NCBI GenBank assembly: GCA_947630105.1
Contig: CANRGD010000004.1
Coordinates: 1 to 37,959, forward strand
DNA length: 37,959 nt
Reading direction: 5' to 3'
From: an uncultured Bacilli bacterium
Lineage (GTDB): Bacteria > Bacillota_I > Bacilli_A > RF39 > UBA660
A program made the position numbers and the translations under genes. The notes beneath the pieces were generated by a model. That model worked only from the letters and a program-made list of their open reading frames with translations, searched no databases and had not been told where the DNA came from. This document shows positions 27,555-36,003 of the stretch, one piece after another (positions within the stretch are counted from its first letter, which is position 1; each line of letters begins with the position of its first letter).

Positions 27555-29114
27555 ATGATTATCAGAAAACCTTATGCTTTTTTAATTAAAAATTTTAGAA
27601 AAATTCATATTTTCTTGTTTATTATATGTGCTTATATATATTATAAAATGTTACGAGTAAGTTCATTTGTACGAGAATTTATGGAGTTGGGAAGTTATGA
27701 TGTATATAATGAACCAATATCTAAATATATATCAGGGATTACTATTTTAAGTTTATTAATTATAATTTCTACTAGTATAATACTTATTATTTTATTGAAA
27801 CATAAAAATAAACCTTGGAAATTATACTTGTTATTTATGAGTTATGTGGTAATATTATTAATTTTTATGTGGACTTCTAGTTTTTTTAATTCTTATAATG
27901 GTAGTTTGGAAACTACTAATATTAGATTAATTAGGGATTTATTATTTATAAGTTCTATTTTTCAATATCCTGTATTTATAATTTTATTAATGCGTATATT
28001 TGGTATTGATCTTCATAAATTTAATTTTAATAAAGATGTTGAATTTTTAGAATTAGATAGTGAAGATCGTGATGAAGTTGAAATTAGTATAGATATTGAT
28101 AAAGAATCTTTTAAAAGATTATATAGAAAATTTTTAAGAAATTTAAATTACTTTTATTTAGAACATAAAGCTATTTGTAATACAGTTATTGTAGCTATAG
28201 TAATAATTTTAATTAGAAATGCCTATGTTTTTATTTTTGTAACTAATAAATCTTATATGGAAAATGAAATTTTAAATGCAAATGGATATTCGATTAAAAT
28301 AAATAATAGTTATTATACAAATAGGAAATATAATGGAGAAATTATTTCTAATAAGCAAAGTTTTATTGTTATTGATTTAACAATTAAAAATAATATTGCA
28401 GAGAGAAATATAGATTTAGATAATTTTCATGTTTTAAATGGAGTGGAAAATTATAAACAAACTAAAAAAACTTATGAGACAGAATTTAAAGATTTAGGTG
28501 TATCAACAGATAGTGTGCAAAAAATAAAAAAAGATGAGAGTAAAAACTTTATTTTAATTTATAGAGTGGATAATAAATTACCAATTAAAAGATTTGTCTT
28601 ATATTATCAAGAATTAGGAAATAATCCATTTTTAAGAAAAATAAAATTATCTATTAAAGATGTTTCGAAGATTAAAGAAAATAAAGAATTAAATTTGGGG
28701 GATGAATTAGATATCAATATTTTAAATAAGCAGGAAAAGATTATTTTTGAAGAGTATAAATTTTTAGATGAAATGAATTATATATATCAAAGTTGTATTG
28801 GAAATAAATGTGTTAATAAGACGGAGATGTGTACGGCTAAAGAAGGGGAAAAAATTCTTTATTTATCTTTTTCATCAGATACATTTGAGGGAAAAGAAAT
28901 GATTGACTTTTCAAGTAGTTATGGTAAAATTATTTATAAGAATAGCGTAGGTAAAGAAGAGACTTTGGAAATAAAAAATTATGTACATAAAAATTATAAT
29001 GGTAAATATTTGTATTTGAGAGTTCCAGCAGAAATTACTACGGCAACTGATATAAAGCTTGTATTTACAGTAAGAAATAATAAATATATTTATAATTTAT
29101 TAAAGGGAGAGTAA
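27555..29114 (+). CDS. Polytopic membrane protein with large C-terminal extracytoplasmic beta-rich region (DUF4352-like segment, tentative)
   Basis: About 4 N-terminal TM helices plus one central helix ('ICNTVIVAIVIILIRNAYVFIFV'). 'SFIVIDLTIKNNIAERNIDLDNFHVLNG' resembles DUF4352-type Ig-like folds. Confidence 0.7.
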   Translation: MIIRKPYAFLIKNFRKIHIFLFIICAYIYYKMLRVSSFVREFMELGSYDVYNEPISKYISGITILSLLIIISTSIILIILLKHKNKPWKLYLLFMSYVVILLIFMWTSSFFNSYNGSLETTNIRLIRDLLFISSIFQYPVFIILLMRIFGIDLHKFNFNKDVEFLELDSEDRDEVEISIDIDKESFKRLYRKFLRNLNYFYLEHKAICNTVIVAIVIILIRNAYVFIFVTNKSYMENEILNANGYSIKINNSYYTNRKYNGEIISNKQSFIVIDLTIKNNIAERNIDLDNFHVLNGVENYKQTKKTYETEFKDLGVSTDSVQKIKKDESKNFILIYRVDNKLPIKRFVLYYQELGNNPFLRKIKLSIKDVSKIKENKELNLGDELDINILNKQEKIIFEEYKFLDEMNYIYQSCIGNKCVNKTEMCTAKEGEKILYLSFSSDTFEGKEMIDFSSSYGKIIYKNSVGKEETLEIKNYVHKNYNGKYLYLRVPAEITTATDIKLVFTVRNNKYIYNLLKGE

Positions 29115-29116
29115 AC

Positions 29117-30937
29117 ATGAATAAAAAGGTTATTAAATATATAAAATTAGCTATCACATTTGGTATTGTAGCACTATTTGTATGGTTTTTAGTTTTATAT
29201 CCATATATTAAGTTTAAAGGATATGAAAAAGCAATGGAAAAAGCTGGAAAAAGATATTTTTCAATTAATAGTACAGAATTGCCTTCTGGAGAAAGAATTA
29301 AGACAATTACCTTACAAGATTTATATTATAAATCATTTTTAAATGAAGATTTTTATATTCCCTATACTAAAAAGCCTTGTTCTTTAAAAGAAAGTTTTAT
29401 TAAAGTAAAAAGAGTAGATGGAGAATATAAGTATTATACATATTTACAATGTGGTGTTATTGCTTCAAATATAGATCATAAAGGACCAACTATTACTTTA
29501 AATGGTAAAGAAGATATTACTATTACTAGAGGTGATGAGTTTACTGATCCAGGAGTAAAAAGTGTTGTTGATAATGTAGATGGTAAAATGAATACTAATA
29601 AAGTTACAATAAAGGGAAAAGTTGATACAACTAAAGTTGGAACTTATGAAGTTACTTATAGTGCTTTAGATTCTTTAAATAATAAAACAGAAGTTGTTAG
29701 AAAAGTTAATGTTGTTGAAAGATTAATTAGTACAGCTAAAGATACTATTAAAAGTACTAATAGTACTAATAATTATTATATGGGTGATTCAAAAAATAGT
29801 TATCTATTATTTTCAGGAATGCTTTTTAGGATAATGGCAGTTGATGGTAATAATGTAAAGATTGTTGCAAATAATGATATTGCAAATGTTAATTATGAAG
29901 GAATAGATAAGTGGTTAAGTGATTATTTTTATAAACATTTAACTAAAGAGAGTAAAAAATTAATAGTTAATAATAAATATTGTAATATGAAAGTTACAAA
30001 TGAAAATTTAAATTCTACGGAATGTAGTTCTTATACAGGGTCTAGAAGTAGTTATATTCCTTCAATTGTTGATGTTAACTTATCAAAAGATGAGCAAGGT
30101 AATACTTATTTAAAACCATCTACTATGAGTTGGATTGCAGAATCAATGGATGATAATACAGGATATGTAATAAGAAATTATTTCTTTGGAGAGTATTATA
30201 ATGATACATTTTTAGCAGTAAATAAGAAATATAATTTTGGAATTAGACCTGTAATTACTATAAAAGGTGATACATTAATAAAATCAGGTACTGGTACAGT
30301 AGATAATCCTTATACGTTAGGAGATATAATACCTGGTAAAGTAGATGATAAAGTTAATACAAGATTTTCAGGAGAATATTTAAACATTGCAGGTAATGAT
30401 TATAGAATTATTGAAACATTAGATGATGGAACAACAAAAGTTATAGGTGAATATTCAATATTTAATGATAGAGAACAAATTACTACTAAGTATAATGTTG
30501 CTGCTGAAGAAGAAGTATATAATCCAAAACAACAAGGAAATGTAGGTTATTTTATAAATAATAAAATAAGTGAATATATAAATACTAGTTATTTTGTTAA
30601 TCATCAAATAGAAGTTCCAATTTATAAAAATGATGCTGCTTATGGTAAAGAAAGTGAAACAAAGAAATATAAAGTTAAATTATCAGCTCCTAATATGTAT
30701 GAAATGTTTAGTACTTTTAATGATAATTCATTTATGAAATCTTATTGGTTAATTAATTCATCTTTAAATAATGATTTAAAATATGCTGTTTCTGATATTG
30801 GATCAGTAATGTATTATGAAAATGGAGCAGCAAATTATGATTATTATGGAATTAGACCAGTTGGATATTTAAATAAAAATTGTTCTATTGTTAGTGGAAA
30901 AGGTACTAAAAACAATCCATATATAATTGATAAGTAG
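29117..30937 (+). CDS. Bitopic surface protein: N-terminal anchor, DUF5011-type bacterial Ig-like domain, two modules ending in GIRPV...G(T/K)GTxxNPY
   Basis: TM helix 'LAITFGIVALFVWFLVLYPYI'. 'DHKGPTITLNGKEDITITRGDEFTDPGVKSVVDNVDGKMNTNKVTIKGKVDTTKVGTYEVTYSALDSLNNKTEVVRKVNVV' is a close DUF5011 pattern. 'FGIRPVITIK...GTGTVDNPYTLG' and 'YGIRPVGYLNK...GKGTKNNPYIID' follow. Starts 2 nt after the upstream stop. Confidence 0.8.
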   Translation: MNKKVIKYIKLAITFGIVALFVWFLVLYPYIKFKGYEKAMEKAGKRYFSINSTELPSGERIKTITLQDLYYKSFLNEDFYIPYTKKPCSLKESFIKVKRVDGEYKYYTYLQCGVIASNIDHKGPTITLNGKEDITITRGDEFTDPGVKSVVDNVDGKMNTNKVTIKGKVDTTKVGTYEVTYSALDSLNNKTEVVRKVNVVERLISTAKDTIKSTNSTNNYYMGDSKNSYLLFSGMLFRIMAVDGNNVKIVANNDIANVNYEGIDKWLSDYFYKHLTKESKKLIVNNKYCNMKVTNENLNSTECSSYTGSRSSYIPSIVDVNLSKDEQGNTYLKPSTMSWIAESMDDNTGYVIRNYFFGEYYNDTFLAVNKKYNFGIRPVITIKGDTLIKSGTGTVDNPYTLGDIIPGKVDDKVNTRFSGEYLNIAGNDYRIIETLDDGTTKVIGEYSIFNDREQITTKYNVAAEEEVYNPKQQGNVGYFINNKISEYINTSYFVNHQIEVPIYKNDAAYGKESETKKYKVKLSAPNMYEMFSTFNDNSFMKSYWLINSSLNNDLKYAVSDIGSVMYYENGAANYDYYGIRPVGYLNKNCSIVSGKGTKNNPYIIDK

Positions 30938-30946
30938 GTGATAATT

Positions 30947-31753
30947 ATGACAAAGAAAAAAAGAAAAGCAAATTATAATAAAATAATTATTTTAGGAATT
31001 GCTTTTCTAATTTTCTGTTTAATAATTGGTAGTGGTATTTTTTGGATCTTGTCAAAAAAATATACGATAGTATCTAGAGTTTCAAATATAGAGGAATATT
31101 CAAAAAATGATCCACAAGAATATAAAACAGTAGGGTGGCTTAAAGTTGAAGGAACTAATATAGATTATCCAGTAATATATGGACCTAAATATGATATAAG
31201 TAAAAAGGTTGATGATTTTGTATGGACTGAGGCAGACTTTAATGATTTAAATAATATAGTGTTTATTACAGGACATAATATTTTGAATTTATCTAATAAA
31301 CCTTTAATAACAGATGCTAATCATAAAAGATTTGAACAATTAATGAGTTTTACATATTTAGATTTTGTTAAAGAAAATAAGTATATTCAATATACATTTA
31401 ATGGGAAAGATTATCTTTATAAAATATTTGCTGTTTCTTATGTTAAACCTAATGAATTAGATGTTTATAATGATACTATGTATAAAGTTGAAGAATTACA
31501 AGGATACATTAATAAATCTTTAAAAAATAGTATTTTTGATTTTGATGTTAAGGTTAATGGAAAGGATAAAGTAATATCTCTTATAACTTGTACAAGAATG
31601 ATGAAATTAAAAAATGCTAATTATAATTTTAAAGTAGATGCTAGGCTAGTTAGAAAAGGTGAATTAATAAAAAATTATAAAGTTAAAAAGAATACAAATT
31701 ATAAAGAAATAGAGAAATATATGAAAGGTGGAGATGTAGATGAAAAAGCGTAA
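30947..31753 (+). CDS. srtB: Class B sortase (SrtB-like transpeptidase)
   Basis: Aligns by eye with S. aureus SrtB: 'VGWLKVEGTNIDYPVIYG' (cf. IVGWIKLSGTSLNYPVLQG), 'IVFITGHNI' (catalytic His), 'VISLITCT' (TLxTC-type Cys, codon at 31589-31591), and 'KVDARLV' (Arg). N-terminal TM anchor. Confidence 0.85.
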   Translation: MTKKKRKANYNKIIILGIAFLIFCLIIGSGIFWILSKKYTIVSRVSNIEEYSKNDPQEYKTVGWLKVEGTNIDYPVIYGPKYDISKKVDDFVWTEADFNDLNNIVFITGHNILNLSNKPLITDANHKRFEQLMSFTYLDFVKENKYIQYTFNGKDYLYKIFAVSYVKPNELDVYNDTMYKVEELQGYINKSLKNSIFDFDVKVNGKDKVISLITCTRMMKLKNANYNFKVDARLVRKGELIKNYKVKKNTNYKEIEKYMKGGDVDEKA

Positions 31754-34673
31754 TAAAAGAATAATTGGGGTAGTTATATTCTTATTAGCGTTAGGTCTCC
31801 TAGGAACATTATTTATTGATACTGATAAAGTTAAGGCTGCAAATAAAACAAATAAAGTTAAATGTGATTCTGTGAGAGTAGAAGAAGAATTAGGATTAAA
31901 TGTGGCTCCTGATCTTGGAGATTCTTCTAATATAATTCTTGCTTCAGATAAAGGAGCATTTAAAATAGTAGAGGTTACAGAAAATAAAGATAAAATACTT
32001 ACAGAAGAAAGTAAATATATAGGTGTAGTGTTTGGGGCTGATGCAGGAAGTAGATTAACTTTAAAAGTTAAAAATTCTGGTGTTAGTTCTAGCGATCAAG
32101 TTACTTTAAAGCTTCAATTGACTACTGATTCTATAGAAGGTTGTAATAAAGAAGGATATGAATTTACATATAGTTTTACTTTAGCTAATTCTTCTAACAC
32201 TAAGACGCTTTCTCCTAATCCTCAATATAATACTTATTGTACATTTATTAGAACAGGACAAGATTATAATAAAAAGTTTTCAGATATTGTAAGTCTTTGG
32301 AATAGTAATTTTTCTAGTGACTATCAAGAAACTGCTGATTATTGTTATAATGCTAATGTAAAAGTTGTTTTAAGTGATAATACAGTTATAAATATGATTA
32401 AGGCAGCAGTTAATGCATCATATTATCAATCAATTGAAAATGAAGATATTGGTGATAGTGAATTTAATATTCGTTTTAAGGCTTGGAAAGAAGAAGCTCA
32501 AAAAACAAAGAGCCATGTATTTGAAGACAATAGTTATTTTAAGCGTGGTGGTGATGATTCTAAATTTAATTTTAATGATGATAGTTTAAAAATTGATCCT
32601 ATAGGGTTAACGTGTAATGCTGAATATACTGGAACATTATATAATGATGATGGGACATATGATTATGCTAATTCACAATATTATTATGCAAAAGAAACAG
32701 CAACTAGAAAAATAGCTTATAACAGTTGGAAAACAGGAAGTCGGGCACCAAGTACCAATAATGGTAGAGCTACTAATCGAAGTGATGCTTTAAAGATAAC
32801 AGGTAATTCTAAAAATGTATGTGATATATCATGTGAAGAAGTTGTAAAGGTTGATTATGGACCACCTATTGCTTCTAAAGCGGGGTTATGTTTTGAATAT
32901 CGAGTTAAAATAGCTAGTAAGGTAAAATGTAGTTCAAAAATTAATAAAAAATCTCAACCTAAACGAGATGATGATGTTTGTACACCATATCCATTATGTC
33001 AAAACGGTACGGTATTATATATGCATCAAGGAGGTCCAGTAGAAGAATTTGAAAAGTGTATTAATGAATGTGATGGTGGAAAATATAGCCAAAGTTGTAG
33101 TAATAAATGTTATGATGAAGTATATGGAAAGCAAAATAATATATTGAATACTAGATTTAATTCTTTTATAAGTCCAAGTAAAATAAGTTTTGATGAAAAT
33201 GTAAGTTATACATGTTCTAATGGTAAAGTTTTACCAACAAAAGGTTTTTACATACGTACAAGTAATGGTACTATTGATTGGCAATCAGCAATGCCTAATG
33301 GAAAATTTAGTTATGGAAGATATTATCTTGAAGAAGAATTAACTAGAACATGTGATGATCATGGAGAAGTAAAAGGAACATATGGTGTATTTAGAGATGA
33401 TGGTATTAAAAGACATAATTATGGTTCATATTTTTGTCAGGATTCATGTTCCTGGGAAGGGTGTGCTGATGCTACTTACTTAAATGCTAAAGATGCTGAT
33501 GCAGATTATAATCAACAAATGGAAGATTGGGAAGCTGCCATTAAAGATTGTGCTGCTAAAGCTTCTTGTACTGAAAAAACAGCGGAATTTACTATGACAA
33601 CTAGTTATACTGATGATAAAGGTACTAAAAAAACGATAACGTATCCAGCATCTAGTAGTAGTAAATTAAATTCAAAAAGCAAAGAAGATACTCCTGATTC
33701 TACGCAAACTAGCGATTCTGTTATTATAGATTATAATGGATGTTATGAAGATACTGATAATAGAAATTGGTATGAAACAGAAATTACATATCCTGGAACA
33801 TGGATAAACAATAAAACTGGAGAAATTTCATTTACTCCAAGAACTGATAGAGGATGGTATGAAGAAAAAGGAAAATTCTGTTTACCTTTAAATGCTCAAA
33901 ATGTTAATGTTGAGTGGTGGAATTGGTATATGAAATCTACGGCTCTTAAACAAGGCAATGATTACATGTATGAAAGTTCTAATTATGCGGATTCATGTTC
34001 AGCAATTAATAAAACAAATACTAGTAAAGCTAATATTAATAGTATTAAGGACGATATTATTTGGAATATAGCTGCAAAAATTAGAAAATTTGGACATTTT
34101 GGTTGGAAATTTGATGTTAGTTGTTTTTATGCATTAAATGATAATCCTGGTGAGGAAACAAATTCTTCTAGTAATTCCACTGATGATACTAGTATGTGTG
34201 AAACTAGTCCAACTAATTATCGTGTTAGAACTGTAGATAATAGTAATTTATTCCCAAGTGAAAAAGGAAATGATACTTTAGATAAATCTATTACTGGTAG
34301 AGAGGCTGGATTTAACTGGACAGATGCGGCAGCATTGAATAAATATAATAATTCGGGTGCTTATAATGTTATACCATCTCAATATATTGCTAATGTTCAA
34401 ACAAGAGGTGATACAATTTATCAAAATGATAATCAATATTTAGACTATTCATTCCATTTAACACCTACTGATTTGAGTAATATAAGAAAGTTTAATAAAG
34501 CAAATGGAGCATATACTAACTTTACAGGTAATTCAAGTATTATAAATGGTGTCTCAGCTTATGCTAGTAGCTTATTTAGAAATGGTGGAACAATCAAGGC
34601 TAATTCTTTAGGAAATATTGGTTGCAACAATGATGGAATTGGCAATAATTGTGAGAATTTTAAGGAGGGTTAA
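31740..34673 (+). CDS. Large secreted cysteine-rich protein (977 aa), unknown function, no cell-wall sorting signal
   Basis: Signal peptide 'MKKRNKRIIGVVIFLLALGLLGTLFIDTDKVKA'. About 29 Cys by my count, clustered for example in 'CTPYPLCQNG...CINECDGGKYSQSCSNKCYDE' and 'FCQDSCSWEGC'. Ends '...NNCENFKEG' without a hydrophobic tail. Overlaps the sortase gene by 14 nt. Confidence 0.8.
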   Translation: MKKRNKRIIGVVIFLLALGLLGTLFIDTDKVKAANKTNKVKCDSVRVEEELGLNVAPDLGDSSNIILASDKGAFKIVEVTENKDKILTEESKYIGVVFGADAGSRLTLKVKNSGVSSSDQVTLKLQLTTDSIEGCNKEGYEFTYSFTLANSSNTKTLSPNPQYNTYCTFIRTGQDYNKKFSDIVSLWNSNFSSDYQETADYCYNANVKVVLSDNTVINMIKAAVNASYYQSIENEDIGDSEFNIRFKAWKEEAQKTKSHVFEDNSYFKRGGDDSKFNFNDDSLKIDPIGLTCNAEYTGTLYNDDGTYDYANSQYYYAKETATRKIAYNSWKTGSRAPSTNNGRATNRSDALKITGNSKNVCDISCEEVVKVDYGPPIASKAGLCFEYRVKIASKVKCSSKINKKSQPKRDDDVCTPYPLCQNGTVLYMHQGGPVEEFEKCINECDGGKYSQSCSNKCYDEVYGKQNNILNTRFNSFISPSKISFDENVSYTCSNGKVLPTKGFYIRTSNGTIDWQSAMPNGKFSYGRYYLEEELTRTCDDHGEVKGTYGVFRDDGIKRHNYGSYFCQDSCSWEGCADATYLNAKDADADYNQQMEDWEAAIKDCAAKASCTEKTAEFTMTTSYTDDKGTKKTITYPASSSSKLNSKSKEDTPDSTQTSDSVIIDYNGCYEDTDNRNWYETEITYPGTWINNKTGEISFTPRTDRGWYEEKGKFCLPLNAQNVNVEWWNWYMKSTALKQGNDYMYESSNYADSCSAINKTNTSKANINSIKDDIIWNIAAKIRKFGHFGWKFDVSCFYALNDNPGEETNSSSNSTDDTSMCETSPTNYRVRTVDNSNLFPSEKGNDTLDKSITGREAGFNWTDAAALNKYNNSGAYNVIPSQYIANVQTRGDTIYQNDNQYLDYSFHLTPTDLSNIRKFNKANGAYTNFTGNSSIINGVSAYASSLFRNGGTIKANSLGNIGCNNDGIGNNCENFKEG

Positions 34674-34679
34674 AAGAAT

Positions 34680-35144
34680 ATGAATAAAGGTATGTTAACG
34701 GTTGGAATTATTTTATTAGCTTTGATTTCATTATTATTAATAAATGTTTTAAGTAATTATGAAACAGGTGGAGAATTAGATTATTATTTGTTAAAGGAAA
34801 CAACAACCGCAGCTATGGAAGATGCAATTGATTATAAATTTTATAGAGAAAATTCATTATATAGAATCGACAAAGAAAAGTTCGTTGAGAGCTTTCTTCG
34901 TCGATTTGCAGATAATGTAGATAATACTCGAACTTATGATATAAAATTTTATGATATTAATGAGGTGCCTCCTAAAGTAAGTGTTAAAATTGATTCTTTA
35001 ACAGTTTTAAGTTTTCAAAATTCAGCAGCTAATATTTCAACTCAAATAGATTCTATTGTGGAATCTAATTATATAGGTGATCCTTATACTGAATATGGTC
35101 TTAAAGATTATAATAATATTTTAGGTAAACCGAATGAATCATAA
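34680..35144 (+). CDS. Small bitopic membrane protein (154 aa), candidate pilus/secretion accessory component
   Basis: SD AAGGAGGG. N-terminal 'MNKGMLTVGIILLALISLLLINVL' followed by a soluble domain. No G/FTLxE or G/xxxxEY prepilin motif. Confidence 0.7.
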   Translation: MNKGMLTVGIILLALISLLLINVLSNYETGGELDYYLLKETTTAAMEDAIDYKFYRENSLYRIDKEKFVESFLRRFADNVDNTRTYDIKFYDINEVPPKVSVKIDSLTVLSFQNSAANISTQIDSIVESNYIGDPYTEYGLKDYNNILGKPNES

Positions 35145-35170
35145 GGAATTAAAATAGAAAGGGTGATAAA

Positions 35171-35977
35171 ATGGGGAATATAAGTCAAAGTATAAAAAAA
35201 TTTATGCAAAATAAGAATACAGTTACAGTATTAGGTGTAATTGCAGCAATTGCAGTTTTATATGTAGCTTATAATTGGCGTGTAAAATCTGCAATTAATC
35301 CAGTAAATGTTCCATATGCTATTAAGCAAATTAATCCTGGAACGCAAATAACATCTGATATGGTTGGAACAAGACAAGTACCACCAGCAATGTTAGAAGG
35401 TGATGTACTAAGAAATGTAGGAGATGTAATTGATAAATATTCTAGTGCAGATACAGTTATTCCTGAAGGAAGTTTATTTTACTCAAGAGCAGTTGTTGAA
35501 GAAGAACAATTACCAGGAAATATTATTTTAAAATATCCTGCTGGTTATGTTCTTTATAATATGGCTGTTGATACAGAATCAACATATGGTAACTCTATTT
35601 ATCCAGGTAATTATATTGATATTTATTTAAAGGCAGTTAATAAAATTTATGATGAGCAACAAATAACTCCAGATGCAGATAAAATAATGTTGGGTAAATT
35701 TATTTCAAATGTTAAGGTTTTAGCCGTAAAAGATTCTAATGGACAACCAGTATTTTCTAATTTAGATGAACAACGTACTCCCGCTATGATAGTATTTGCA
35801 GTACCAGAAGAATATTATATTTTACTTAAAAAAGCAGAATATTTGAGATCATATGAATCTACTTTAATTCCTGTTCCTACTAATGAAAGTTTAAAAGATG
35901 AACAAGGTGATTTGGAAATTAGTAGTGAAAGTTTGAAAGAATGGATTAATACTGTTACAGTATGGGATGAGACTTAA
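35171..35977 (+). CDS. cpaB: Flp/Tad pilus assembly protein CpaB/RcpC-like (SAF plus RcpC domains)
   Basis: N-terminal TM helix. SAF-like 'VPYAIKQINPGTQITSDMVGTRQVPPAML...VIPEGSLF', and RcpC-like 'MAVDTESTYGNSIYPGNYIDIYL...NVKVLAV'. Confidence 0.7.
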   Translation: MGNISQSIKKFMQNKNTVTVLGVIAAIAVLYVAYNWRVKSAINPVNVPYAIKQINPGTQITSDMVGTRQVPPAMLEGDVLRNVGDVIDKYSSADTVIPEGSLFYSRAVVEEEQLPGNIILKYPAGYVLYNMAVDTESTYGNSIYPGNYIDIYLKAVNKIYDEQQITPDADKIMLGKFISNVKVLAVKDSNGQPVFSNLDEQRTPAMIVFAVPEEYYILLKKAEYLRSYESTLIPVPTNESLKDEQGDLEISSESLKEWINTVTVWDET

Positions 35978-36003
35978 TTTTTAGAATAAAAAGGGTGAGT
36001 TAA

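Noticed and set aside
2918-30946. N-terminal extensions in the ORF track starting at GTG/TTG (2918, 3432, 10650, 13876, 17440, 20107, 21757, 22651, 25986, 30938)
   Set aside because: In eight of the ten cases the GTG/TTG lies inside or right next to the Shine-Dalgarno sequence (recurrent AGAGGTGAT-N3-5-ATG), and an ATG follows at proper spacing. TTG 3432 and TTG 22651 simply have no SD of their own, whereas a downstream in-frame ATG does. The extensions are artefacts of longest-ORF calling.
32210-32230. NPQYN in the 977-aa protein as a sortase B (NPQTN-like) sorting motif
   Set aside because: The motif is about 160 residues from the N-terminus. It is not followed by a hydrophobic segment and basic tail, so it cannot be a conventional sorting signal.
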